DNA from: an uncultured Solirubrobacterales bacterium
GTDB lineage: Bacteria > Actinomycetota > Thermoleophilia > Solirubrobacterales > Solirubrobacteraceae
Reading direction: 5' to 3'
DNA: 64,000 bases
Assembly (NCBI GenBank): GCA_963744535.1
Contig: CAVUTW010000001.1
Span: 238,999 to 302,998, forward strand
Of this stretch, positions 1-9,317 are shown in pieces; the stretch's first letter is position 1; the number at the start of each line of letters is the position of its first letter. The position numbers were made by a program, and so were the translations under genes. A model generated the notes under the pieces. That model had not been told where the DNA came from. It saw only the letters and a program-made list of their open reading frames with translations, and did not search any database.

Positions 1-415
1 CTTCGACTCGTTGAGCGTGGTGTACCTGCGCAACCGGCTCAACGCGACGACCGGGCTGCAGCTCCCCGCCACGCTCGTGTTCAACTACCCCACCCCGGTT
101 GCGCTGGCAGCCCACCTGCGCGAACAGGTGGCCAGCGAAGGCGCGGGCGAGCCCGTCGAGGAGAGCGTGCGCCAGTTGCGGGAGACGCTGCTGGCAGGGG
201 ATCTGGACTACGAGGAGCGCGCGCAGCTCGCGTCGCGCCTGCGCACGATCGCGGACGAGCTCCAGTACGAGGAGCGGGAGGACGGCGAGCATGGTGAGCA
301 GGGCGTCGTCGAGCGGATCGAAGTTGCGAGCGCCACCGAGCTGTTCGAGATGTACGAGAGCGAGTGGGCGACCGAGGCGGGAGCGGCGAGCTCCGATACC
401 GCGCAGGGCGCGTGA
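1..415 (+). CDS. C-terminal end of a modular type I PKS (ACP + C-terminal docking domain), 5'-truncated by the window
   Basis: Frame from nt 2 reads [32 protein letters not shown] (ACP DSL serine motif and LPATLxFxYPT). It ends [17 protein letters not shown], a docking-domain-like helix. Confidence 0.92.
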   Translation, partial: FDSLSVVYLRNRLNATTGLQLPATLVFNYPTPVALAAHLREQVASEGAGEPVEESVRQLRETLLAGDLDYEERAQLASRLRTIADELQYEEREDGEHGEQGVVERIEVASATELFEMYESEWATEAGAASSDTAQGA

Positions 416-461
416 TCGCAGCGGATCGGGCGATGCGTGAAACCGCACGCCGCACAACACG

Positions 462-2528
462 ATGAGCAGAAAGGCTACGATGTCCGACGATCAGAGCAGT
501 GCCGGCGATCAGAGCAGTGCCACACCGTCCAAAGCGGTCGGGGCTGAGGCCGAGGAGCAGAAGGCGGTCGCGTATCTGAGGCGAGCGCTCGTCGATCTCA
601 ACGAGACTCGCCGGCGCCTGCACGAGGCCGAAAACCGCCTCGCCGAGCCGATCGCCATCGTCGGAATGGGCTGCCGCTACCCCGGGGGCGTGCAGTCGCC
701 CGAGGATCTGTGGGAGCTGGTCGCGGCGGGCAGGGACGCGGTTTCGGAGTTGCCCGACGATCGCGGCTGGGACCTGCAGGGGCCGTCGCCCGCCCTCTCC
801 GGGGATCCGACCGCGACCTTCAAAGGGGGTTTCGTCGAGGGCGCGTGCGACTTCGACGCCGACTTCTTCGGGATCGAAGAGGCTGAGGCGCGGATGATGG
901 ACCCCCAGCAGCGGCTGTTGCTGGAAACGACGTGGGAGGCGTGTGAATACGGGGGGATCGACCCGAGCGCGCTGCGGGGAAGCGACACGGGGGTGTTCTC
1001 CGGCATCGGCATGCTGGCTTACGGATTCTGGCTGCTCGGCGCTGTCGCCGAGAGCGCGGCAGGCCATGTCATGCTCGGGACCGCCGGCAGCATGATCGCC
1101 GGCCGGCTGGCGCACGCCCTGCAACTCGAGGGGCCCGCGGTCACCGTGGACACGGCCTGCTCGTCGTCGATCGTGTCGCTGCACCTCGCCTGTCAGGCCC
1201 TGCGCCAGGGTGAGTGCTCGATGGCGCTCGCGGGGGGCGCGACGATCCTCGCCACACCCTGGCTGTACATTGAAATGAGCCGGCAGAACAATCCCGAACT
1301 GGCGCCCGACGTCAGGTGCCGGTCGTTCGCGGATGGCGCCGACGGGGTCGTGTTCTCGGAGGGTGTCGGCGTGGTGCTGCTCGAGCGCCTCTCGGACGCG
1401 CGGCGCCTCGGACACGAGGTGCTGGCGGTGGTCCGCGGCAGCGCATACAACCAAGACGGAGCAAGCAACGGCCTGACCGCGCCCAACGGCCTCGCCCACG
1501 AGCGGGTGATTCGACGGGCACTGCGCAACGCGGGAATATCCGGCGGCCAGGTCGACGTGGTCGAGGCGCACGGCATGGGCACCGCGCTGGGCGACACGAT
1601 CGAGGCGCAGGCGTTGATCGCCACCTACGGCCGGAATCGGGTCGCGGGTCGGCCGCTGCGGCTTGGGTCGTTGAAGTCGAACCTCGGTCACACCCAGGCC
1701 GCGGGCGGGGTTGGAGGGGTGATCAAGATGGCCATGGCGATGCGCAACGGTTTGCTGCCGAAGACGTTGCACGTCGATGCCCCTTCGCGCTTCATCGACT
1801 GGTCGTCGGGCACGGTGTCGCTGCTGGTCGAGCCCGTGCCATGGGTCGAGCACGACGAGCCCCGCCGCGGGGCGGTTCACTCGTTTGGCATCAGCGGAAC
1901 CAACGCGCATGTGATTCTGGAGGAGCCGGCGCCGCTTGCAGCGCCTCCCCCGAACAGCGAGCGGCTGGCGCGGTTGGAGGGCAGCAGCAACACGCTCCTG
2001 CCGTGGCCGATCTCGGGCCGCGACGAGGAGGGCCTGCGACGGCAGGCGCGGCGTCTGGCCCGGTTCCTCGCCGAGCGGCCCGAGATCGATATCGCCGACG
2101 TGGGCCTTGCGCTGGCAGCGCGCCCCGCGCTCGGCCATCGCACTGTCATCATCGGCACGAATCGCGCGGAGCTGCTCGAGGATCTGGAGAAGGTGGCGGA
2201 GGGTCACCTGGCCGCGGAGGCGGTGGCGGGCGGCGATGAGTCGGGGTCATCCGAGGCGCTCGCATCGCTGGCGCGAGCGTGGGCTACGGGGAGCGACGTC
2301 GACTGGGAGCCGGTGTTCGCGGAGCTCGACGCGCGTGGAGTGCGGCTACCGACGTACGCGTTCGCGCGCCGCCGTCATTGGGTGGACGATTCCCCGGTGT
2401 GGGCGGCCACCGGTCCGGTCGTGCGGGCGGGGGGACCGGTGGAGGAGACGCCCGCGGTCGCCGCTGCCTCCCCGCTCGCAGGCGGCGCCGACAGGCTCTC
2501 TCCCGCGGGAGCGCCGGTAGCACAATGA
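462..2528 (+). CDS. Stand-alone type I ketosynthase (N-terminal docking domain + KS + linkers; no AT, ACP or TE)
   Basis: Docking helix YLRRALVDLNETRRRL, then EPIAIVGMGCRYPGG, MDPQQRLLLE, DTACSSS, EAHGMGT, KSNLGHTQ, SFGISGTNAHVILEE. The linker runs straight into VDW...LPTYAF with no GHSxG AT motif. Confidence 0.92.
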   Translation: MSRKATMSDDQSSAGDQSSATPSKAVGAEAEEQKAVAYLRRALVDLNETRRRLHEAENRLAEPIAIVGMGCRYPGGVQSPEDLWELVAAGRDAVSELPDDRGWDLQGPSPALSGDPTATFKGGFVEGACDFDADFFGIEEAEARMMDPQQRLLLETTWEACEYGGIDPSALRGSDTGVFSGIGMLAYGFWLLGAVAESAAGHVMLGTAGSMIAGRLAHALQLEGPAVTVDTACSSSIVSLHLACQALRQGECSMALAGGATILATPWLYIEMSRQNNPELAPDVRCRSFADGADGVVFSEGVGVVLLERLSDARRLGHEVLAVVRGSAYNQDGASNGLTAPNGLAHERVIRRALRNAGISGGQVDVVEAHGMGTALGDTIEAQALIATYGRNRVAGRPLRLGSLKSNLGHTQAAGGVGGVIKMAMAMRNGLLPKTLHVDAPSRFIDWSSGTVSLLVEPVPWVEHDEPRRGAVHSFGISGTNAHVILEEPAPLAAPPPNSERLARLEGSSNTLLPWPISGRDEEGLRRQARRLARFLAERPEIDIADVGLALAARPALGHRTVIIGTNRAELLEDLEKVAEGHLAAEAVAGGDESGSSEALASLARAWATGSDVDWEPVFAELDARGVRLPTYAFARRRHWVDDSPVWAATGPVVRAGGPVEETPAVAAASPLAGGADRLSPAGAPVAQ

Positions 2529-3316
2529 GCTCCGCTGGTAGCCCACGATGGGATGCGCCGCTTGCGGACCGACCGTGGGATGGGCCGCTCGCGGAGGGAC
2601 TCGAGCCTTCCGCCCAAACATGCTCGCGGGGCACGCGGGACGATATGTCCCAGCTGTTCAACGTCTCGGCTCAGCGTCGGACTCCCACGCGCTTTCGGCG
2701 TGTGTACGAGCGCCTGGAGCGGTCATGCGCATCGATGCAGGACCTCTTTCATACGTGGGGTACGACCGAGGAGGATCGCTCGATGTCGTTTGCGTGCGAT
2801 TCATATGTGCCTGCGCCGTCGCGCTGTTACTACAGGGGGATCGAGGTCCTCGCCCCGCGGGAGATCGTCTACCGCTGGCTCTGCCAGCTGCGAGTGGCGC
2901 CTTACGCCTACGACTGGTTCGACAACTTTGGACGACAGAGTCCGCGCCGGCTGACCCCCGGCGTCGAGCGGCTGAGCCCCGGACAGCGGATGCTGGTCGT
3001 ATTCAGCGTCGTGGAGTTCGTGGAGAACGAGCAGATCACGATACAGAGCGACCGGTTTCTCTGGTTCTTCACAAAAGTGGCGATGACCTACAGGGTGGTG
3101 CCTTGCGGCGCGAACAGCTGCCGGATCGTCACCAAGCTCACCGGGCACGACACGGGTACGTTCCTGGTCCGCTTGCGCGGAGACTATTTTCCGATTGGCG
3201 AGCTGCCGCTCATGCACAAGCAGCTGCGGTTGTTCAAGTACCTCGCCGAGAGGCAGTTCCTGGAAGAGCTGGCGGTGAGCTCTGGTGAAGGCGCCACTCA
3301 GTGGGTGAGCTCGTAA
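2525..3316 (+). CDS. SRPBCC/polyketide-cyclase-like protein
   Basis: ATGA overlap with the KS stop codon. The WG...CD...RGIEVLAP..VYRWLCQLRVAPYxYDW.DN pattern resembles actinobacterial SRPBCC-family proteins. Start uncertain. Confidence 0.55.
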   Translation: MSSAGSPRWDAPLADRPWDGPLAEGLEPSAQTCSRGTRDDMSQLFNVSAQRRTPTRFRRVYERLERSCASMQDLFHTWGTTEEDRSMSFACDSYVPAPSRCYYRGIEVLAPREIVYRWLCQLRVAPYAYDWFDNFGRQSPRRLTPGVERLSPGQRMLVVFSVVEFVENEQITIQSDRFLWFFTKVAMTYRVVPCGANSCRIVTKLTGHDTGTFLVRLRGDYFPIGELPLMHKQLRLFKYLAERQFLEELAVSSGEGATQWVSS

Positions 3317-4455
3317 CGCAGCCGCCAGACGGCCAGTGAGAAGGTGAGCGCGGCGAAGCCGACCAGCGCGCCGACTTGGGGGAGCACGCCGAGCAGGTTG
3401 CCGCTTTCCCGCTGCAAGGAGCTCAGCGCTTCGTTTCCCCAGGCGTGAGGCGTGATATGCGCGACGTCGTTCATGAGCGGTGTGAAGAACATCAGTGGCA
3501 CCATCGAGCCGCCCAGCGCCGCGAAGCTGAGGCCGAGGAGGATCGCGGCGGCAAGCGCCTGCTGCTCGCTGGCGAGCGTGGCCCCGATCATCATCGCGAA
3601 CCCGGCCGAGACCAGGCAGAAGGCAATCGTCACCGCTGCCACGGCCGGGCCGTTGCCCCATTCGACGCCAAACAGCAGCCATGAAAGGGACACGATCAGC
3701 AGGGCCTGGATGCAGGCCACGACGAGCCGCACCAGGGCCTCGCCGAGGATCACGCTGCGAACCGAGGTGGGTGAGGCGATCATGCGCCGCGCGACGCCCA
3801 GGCGGCGCGTCTCGACCAGCGCGGCCGCGCTCGTCAGCGAGGTGATGAACACGAACAGCAGCAACTCGTTGGCGGCTCCGATGGTGAAGCGCGTGAGCGC
3901 TTTGGGGTAGCGTCGGCCATTCGGTTCGACTGTGTGCACCAGGACCATGGAGAGTTTTGGCGCAAACGCGAGCGCATGGGCGAAAGCCGCGTCGAAGGTC
4001 CCGCCGCGTTCGCGTTTCAACAGCCTGGCCGCGATTACCTCGTTGCTCTCTTCCGCCAGGCCCGACTGCACGATTTGGCTTATCTGCTGACCGTAGACGC
4101 CGTGCTGCGCGTAATACCGTATGTGTATGTACTGGCCCGAGCGCAGTATGTGGTCGTAGTTGGCGGGTACCACCACGCCCGCTTCGGTGTCCCCGTATTC
4201 GACCGCGCTGCGCAGTTCCCGTTCGCTTTCCACGCGCCGGACCGTCAACCCCTGCTGGTTGGTGATTGCCCGCAGCAGCTGGTTGGCGTACCAGGTGTGC
4301 GGCGCCAGCACGTCCACGCGTGTGGTGGCCGAGCTGCCAAATGCCGAGCCCAACAGGAAGATCAGCAGCAGCGGGCCCAGCCCGCTGACGACGACGGTGC
4401 GCGGGTTGCGCGACAGCCGGCGAAGGTTTGCGCTGACGATGGCGAGCGCCTTCAT
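3298..4455 (-). CDS. ABC-2 type exporter permease
   Basis: N-terminal TM, extracellular loop and five C-terminal TMs; ETRRLGVARRMIASP motif; in an operon with an ABC ATPase. Confidence 0.88.
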   Translation of the reverse strand: MKALAIVSANLRRLSRNPRTVVVSGLGPLLLIFLLGSAFGSSATTRVDVLAPHTWYANQLLRAITNQQGLTVRRVESERELRSAVEYGDTEAGVVVPANYDHILRSGQYIHIRYYAQHGVYGQQISQIVQSGLAEESNEVIAARLLKRERGGTFDAAFAHALAFAPKLSMVLVHTVEPNGRRYPKALTRFTIGAANELLLFVFITSLTSAAALVETRRLGVARRMIASPTSVRSVILGEALVRLVVACIQALLIVSLSWLLFGVEWGNGPAVAAVTIAFCLVSAGFAMMIGATLASEQQALAAAILLGLSFAALGGSMVPLMFFTPLMNDVAHITPHAWGNEALSSLQRESGNLLGVLPQVGALVGFAALTFSLAVWRLRYELTH

Positions 4456-4456
4456 G

Positions 4457-5638
4457 TCAGACCTCCACCAGATGGCGGATGCGCAGCAGGGCGACGCCCC
4501 CCAGGATCGCGGCGAAGGCGAGGATCGTCGCCAGCATCGGCAGCACCGCCGTCGGTCCCGCGCCATGGGAGAGCAGGCCAAGGCCTCGCAGAAATTGAGC
4601 CTGGGGCGTCAGCAGGCTGAGCGATGCCACGGTCCCGCCCGCCTGCGAGATCGGGAACATCGCGCCGCCGAACGCCCCCATCAGGCCGGCGATGATCGCC
4701 TGCCACTCGACGGCCTGCTCCGCGGTGTGCACGAACGTGGCGATGCAGGCGGTGAACGCGGTCGCCGCCACCACCGCCGCGAGGACGAGCAGCACGACGC
4801 CTGGGAAGCCGCCCCAATCGGCGCCGAGGATCAGCGTGGTCGCCAGCGCCAGCACGGTGGTGCTGACGAGTCCCAGCACGATGCTCGTCAGCACCTTGCC
4901 GAAGATGATCGATCGCCGCGACACCGATGCGGCGCGCAGACGGACGAGGGTGCCGTGGCTGCGTTCTTCGATTACGCTCAGGAAGCCGAACTGGACGGTG
5001 AGGAAGAGGAAGAAGATCGTCAGCCCGGCCGCCTCGTGGGTCTTCAGGTTCAGTTCTTTGCTCGGCAGGCCGACGCTGTGCAGCTTGAACTGCTTGGGCA
5101 TCTCGGATGCGTGTTCGCCCAGGCTGATGACTTCGCTCGAGCTCGCGTGCCGTTTACGGGTGCTGGCGACGGCCAGGCGCACGCTGTTGAGCTGGTTGGC
5201 GAACGACTGGGCGACCGAACGAGCGACGTATGCGCCCTCCTCCTTGCGTATCTGGCCGCTGCCGATGATTTCGATGTGCGTCGGGCTTTCGCTGTTCGCT
5301 CCGTGGGAGAAGCCCGGGGGCAGCACAAATGTCGCGTTTGCCTTGCCGCTGCGCACCAGCGCGCGCCCGCTCGACAGGGAGACGGCGTGCAGCTGCGCCA
5401 GTTTTTCGTGTTGCAGCGGTCCCAGCACGTCGTTGGCGAAGAACAGCGCCGCCGGCCCGTGGTCGTTGTTGACGATGTCGAACTGGTACTTGCCGGTGCT
5501 GCGGTTGGTGATGTTGGGCAGGGTGACGCTCAGGATCGTGGCCATCACGAACGGGATCACGAGTGCCGCGATGATCGCCGTGCGGTCGCGCACGCGTTGG
5601 CGCAGGTCCTTGGCCGCGATGATCGCCGCGACCGGCAT
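4457..5638 (-). CDS. ABC-2 type exporter permease
   Basis: KDLRQRVRDR start, EERSHGTLVRLRAA motif, multiple TMs. Confidence 0.88.
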   Translation of the reverse strand: MPVAAIIAAKDLRQRVRDRTAIIAALVIPFVMATILSVTLPNITNRSTGKYQFDIVNNDHGPAALFFANDVLGPLQHEKLAQLHAVSLSSGRALVRSGKANATFVLPPGFSHGANSESPTHIEIIGSGQIRKEEGAYVARSVAQSFANQLNSVRLAVASTRKRHASSSEVISLGEHASEMPKQFKLHSVGLPSKELNLKTHEAAGLTIFFLFLTVQFGFLSVIEERSHGTLVRLRAASVSRRSIIFGKVLTSIVLGLVSTTVLALATTLILGADWGGFPGVVLLVLAAVVAATAFTACIATFVHTAEQAVEWQAIIAGLMGAFGGAMFPISQAGGTVASLSLLTPQAQFLRGLGLLSHGAGPTAVLPMLATILAFAAILGGVALLRIRHLVEV

Positions 5639-5681
5639 CTAGCAGCACCTCCCGCCGAGCAACTCGCGGGCGGGCTCGTTG

Positions 5682-6674
5682 CTAGTCGCGCAGAGCACGT
5701 CCGGTCAGGTGCAGGAAGACGGTCTCGAGGTTGGATCTGCGAGCCTCGACAGCGGTCAGCGACGTTCCGGCCCTGGCGGTGCGCTCCAGCAGCGCCGGCA
5801 ACAGCTTGCCGGCGTCCTCGACGACCAGTTCCAGGCCACCATCGGTGTGGTGCACATCGAGCACCCCGCTCAGCTCGCGAACCGCCTCGGCGGCTCGCTG
5901 GAGATCGCCGCTCGCGCTCAGCAGCACGCGATCGCCTCCGCCCACCAGGGCGATCAGCTCCCGGTGGGTGCCCTCGGCGATCAGCTTGCCGTGGTCGATG
6001 ATGCCGATGCGGTCGCAGAAGCGCTCGGCCTCCTCCATGTAGTGCGTGGTGTAGAGGACGCCGATGCCGGCCTGGCCGAGCTGCTCGATGCTGTCGAGGA
6101 TCGCGTTGCGGCTCTGCGGATCCACGCCGACGGTGGGCTCGTCGAGAATCAGCATGCGCGGCTCGTGCAGCAGGCCCAGCCCCACATTGAGCCGACGCTG
6201 CATTCCGCCGGAGTAATCTTTGACCATGTCGTCTGCCCGCTCGGCAAGACCCACCAGCTCGAGCACCGTTGCGATGCGCGCCGCCGCGGCCCGCCCGCGG
6301 ATGCCGTACAGGCGGGCGAAGAAGCGCAGGTTCTCGCGACCCGTCATATCCGGGTAGATCGCGAGATCCTGGGGCACGTAGCCAAGCTCCGCCTTGGCGG
6401 CCACGCTGGTGATGGTCATCGGCTTGCCGGCGACCTCCACCGTTCCCCCGTCGGAGGCGAGCAGCCCGCAGATCATCGAGATGGTGGTGGTCTTACCCGC
6501 TCCGTTGGGGCCGAGCAGGCCATAGCTTTCGCCGGGGGCGATTTCGAGGTTGATGCCGTCCACGGCGAGGAGCTCGCCGAAGCGCTTGCGCAGACCGACG
6601 CAACGCAAGGCCGGTGTCGAAGAGGGGGTGTGCGCGGCGTCGCCGCGCCGCTGATCGAGCAGTGTCGTGGACAC
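5682..6674 (-). CDS. ABC exporter ATP-binding protein (DrrA-like)
   Basis: Walker A GPNGAGKT, signature YSGGMQRR, Walker B ILDEPT, C-terminal LETVFLHLTG. Start uncertain (ORF extends to 6725). Confidence 0.93.
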   Translation of the reverse strand: MSTTLLDQRRGDAAHTPSSTPALRCVGLRKRFGELLAVDGINLEIAPGESYGLLGPNGAGKTTTISMICGLLASDGGTVEVAGKPMTITSVAAKAELGYVPQDLAIYPDMTGRENLRFFARLYGIRGRAAAARIATVLELVGLAERADDMVKDYSGGMQRRLNVGLGLLHEPRMLILDEPTVGVDPQSRNAILDSIEQLGQAGIGVLYTTHYMEEAERFCDRIGIIDHGKLIAEGTHRELIALVGGGDRVLLSASGDLQRAAEAVRELSGVLDVHHTDGGLELVVEDAGKLLPALLERTARAGTSLTAVEARRSNLETVFLHLTGRALRD

Positions 6675-6925
6675 GGCAACGCAGCATCGCATATGCGAGA
6701 TGACTGCGCAAAAAGCGATCGCCAAAAAGCGATCGCGGACGGACCTCCGCCGCCGGCGCCCGGTCGATCCGCGCGAGCCGGTCGCGACGGGCTGGTCGGG
6801 AGCGCGGCGAGCTGGCTGGCGCTCTGGGATCGACGGCGTGGGCCGCGGCCCGGGTAGTAAGATCCGCCGCCGATCGTGAGGTGTGACAAACCGTATCGCA
6901 GACGCGCCAGAGCGCCGGCTTGAGG

Positions 6926-7789
6926 ATGGGCCGACAGGGAGAGCTGGGCCCCAGCCTGCTTGCGATCAGCGACCTGCACGTCACCTACCCCGAGAACCGC
7001 CGAGTCGTCGAGGGTCTGCGCGGGCGCTCGCCGGAGGATTGGCTGATCGTGTGCGGCGACGTCAGCGAGATGAGCGCCGATTTGGAGTGGGCGCTGGGAA
7101 TGTTGCGCGAGCGCTTCGCCAAGGTCATCTGGGTGCCCGGCAACCACGACCTGTGGAGCACCCCGGCGGACCCGCTGCGGTTGCGGGGGGAGGCGCGCTA
7201 CCGGCATCTGGTGGCGCTCTGCCGGCGCCTGGATGTGCTCACCCCCGAGGATCCCTACTCGGTTTGGGAAGGCCCGGGTGGCCCCGCCACGGTGGTGCCC
7301 CTGTTCCTGCTGTACGACTACTCCTTCGGCAGCAACGTCGCCTCCACCAAGGAGCAGGCGCTGGCGCGCGCCCACGCCGCCGGGGTGGTGTGCAGCGATG
7401 AGCTCGTGCTGCACCCGGACCCCTATCCCAGCAGGGAGGCCTGGTGCGGCGCGCGAGTGCGCGAGAGCGAAGCGCGGCTCGCCGCGCTTCCCCCCGGGCT
7501 GCCCACGGTGCTCGTCAACCACTTCCCCCTCACCCGCGATCCCACGAGGATCCTGCGCCACCCCGAGTTCGCGCAGTGGTGCGGGACGGTGCGCACTGCC
7601 GACTGGCATGTGCGCTTCGGGGCGAAGGCGGTCGTGTACGGCCACCTGCACATCCCACGCGTGACGTGGTGCGACGGGGTGCGGTTCACGGAGGTCTCGC
7701 TGGGCTACCCCCGGGAGTGGCGCCGCTGGGGAGGCGCCCACCGCGCAACGCCGCGCCCGGTGTTGGACGGCGGGGGTAGCACCTCGTGA
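6926..7789 (+). CDS. Calcineurin-like metallophosphoesterase (possible ACP phosphodiesterase)
   Basis: Motifs SDLH, GDV, GNHD and GHLH; translationally coupled to a PPTase. Confidence 0.88.
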   Translation: MGRQGELGPSLLAISDLHVTYPENRRVVEGLRGRSPEDWLIVCGDVSEMSADLEWALGMLRERFAKVIWVPGNHDLWSTPADPLRLRGEARYRHLVALCRRLDVLTPEDPYSVWEGPGGPATVVPLFLLYDYSFGSNVASTKEQALARAHAAGVVCSDELVLHPDPYPSREAWCGARVRESEARLAALPPGLPTVLVNHFPLTRDPTRILRHPEFAQWCGTVRTADWHVRFGAKAVVYGHLHIPRVTWCDGVRFTEVSLGYPREWRRWGGAHRATPRPVLDGGGSTS

Positions 7790-8442
7790 TCGAGGAGATC
7801 CTGACCCCCACGGTCGTCGCGGTGGACACCCGCGAGGAGTTGCTGGACGTCGAGCTGTTTCCTGAGGAGCTGGCCGCGCTGGGACGGGCGGTGGAGAAGC
7901 GCCGCCACGAGTTCATCACGGCGCGCGCGTGCGCGCGCCGTGCCCTCGAGCGGCTCGGCGTGGCGCCCTGCGCGATCGTCAACGGCGAGCGGGGGCAACC
8001 GCTGTGGCCGCAGGGGGTGGTCGGCAGCATCACCCACTGCGCGGGTTACCGCGCATGCGTGGTGGCGCGCCAGGCGCAGGTGGTTGGTGTGGGCGTCGAC
8101 GCCGAGCCACACGCGCCGCTGCCCGATGGGGTGCTGGGCCAGATCGCCCGAGCCGAGGAGCGCCCCCGGCTCGCCGGGCTGGCGGGAGCCGAGCCGGCCG
8201 TCCACTGGGATCGGCTGCTGTTCTGCGCGAAGGAGGCGGTGTACAAGGTGTGGTTCCCACTGGCCGCGTGCTGGTTGGGCTTCGAGGACGCGACGCTCAC
8301 GATCGACCCGGTCGAGCGCACCTTCCAGGCACGGCTGCTGAAGCCCTGGCCGCACGCGGCGGCGGCGCTTCCGGAGATCCTGGAGGGTCGGTGGCTGGTG
8401 CGCGAGGGATTGGTGCTCACCGCTATCGCTCTCCCGCGGTGA
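7786..8442 (+). CDS. 4'-phosphopantetheinyl transferase (EntD/PptT-like)
   Basis: KRRHEF..AR.CAR, P.WP.GVVGSITHC, GVGVDAE and FCAKEAVYK motifs. Confidence 0.93.
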   Translation: MIEEILTPTVVAVDTREELLDVELFPEELAALGRAVEKRRHEFITARACARRALERLGVAPCAIVNGERGQPLWPQGVVGSITHCAGYRACVVARQAQVVGVGVDAEPHAPLPDGVLGQIARAEERPRLAGLAGAEPAVHWDRLLFCAKEAVYKVWFPLAACWLGFEDATLTIDPVERTFQARLLKPWPHAAAALPEILEGRWLVREGLVLTAIALPR

Positions 8443-9317
8443 GCCGCGGTATGGCGCCCTCGCAAACCGGGTGCATCAGCGTCGATGGGCGCCTCCGCGA
8501 GCCCGCGCACGCCACCGTCTCGGCGCTGGACGCCGGCTTTCTGTTGGGCGATGGGCTGTTCGAGTCGCTGCGTGCCACCGGCGGCGTGCCTTACTTGCTG
8601 GAGCGCCATCTGCGGCGGCTGTTTGGCGCGGCGGCGGCGCTGGGGTTCGCGGGCATGCCATCCCCGGACGCGGTTGCCGCGCAGGTGCTCCGGACACTGC
8701 GGCGCGCCGCGCTGGCTGACGCGTACGTGCGTGTGACCGTCACCCGCGGTGCCGGTGGTGTGGGCCTGATACCCCCGGGGGGCGCCCCCACGGTGGTGAT
8801 CGCTGCCCTGCCAGCCCAACCCCTCGTCCCCGCGGACAGCCGCATCGCGGCCGCTCTGCTGCGGGGGCGTCGCGAGCGGCGGGCGGCGGCCAAGAGCACC
8901 AGCTGGCAGCCCGCCGTCGTGGCAAGGCGCCGCGTGGAAGGTTGCGGGGCCGACGAGGGCTTCTACGTGTCGAGGAGCGGCAATGTGCTGGAGGGCGTGG
9001 CCTCCAACGTGTTTGTCGTCGCGGATCATCGCCTGCTTACGCCGCCCACCCGCCACTGTCTGCCGGGCATCACACGGGGTCGGGTCCTCGAGCTGGCACG
9101 CGCACACGGCCTGGAGACGCTCGAGGGGCCGCTGCCGCTGGAGATGCTGATGCGGGCGCAGGAGGTGTTCGTGACCAACGCCGTCCAGGGCCTTCGCGCG
9201 GTCGCGACGGTGGCTGGTGCCGCGATCGGCGGGCGGGGCGCGGGAGGGATGTTCGAGACGCTGCACCGCCTCTACGCGCTCGATCGAGCGGGCGTGCCGG
9301 GGGAGACGGGCGGTTGA
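8439..9317 (+). CDS. pabC: Class IV aminotransferase / 4-amino-4-deoxychorismate lyase
   Basis: DAGFLLGDGLFES, HLRRL, EGVASNVF, LPGITR and EVFVTN; GTGA overlap with the PPTase; adjacent to pabB. Confidence 0.75.
   Translation: MSRGMAPSQTGCISVDGRLREPAHATVSALDAGFLLGDGLFESLRATGGVPYLLERHLRRLFGAAAALGFAGMPSPDAVAAQVLRTLRRAALADAYVRVTVTRGAGGVGLIPPGGAPTVVIAALPAQPLVPADSRIAAALLRGRRERRAAAKSTSWQPAVVARRRVEGCGADEGFYVSRSGNVLEGVASNVFVVADHRLLTPPTRHCLPGITRGRVLELARAHGLETLEGPLPLEMLMRAQEVFVTNAVQGLRAVATVAGAAIGGRGAGGMFETLHRLYALDRAGVPGETGG

Noticed and set aside
81-6001. Long antisense ORFs (e.g. 81-2207 on minus, 4160-6001 on plus, and many similar ones across the window)
   Set aside because: Shadow frames typical of high-GC DNA, lying opposite well-supported genes and lacking motifs.
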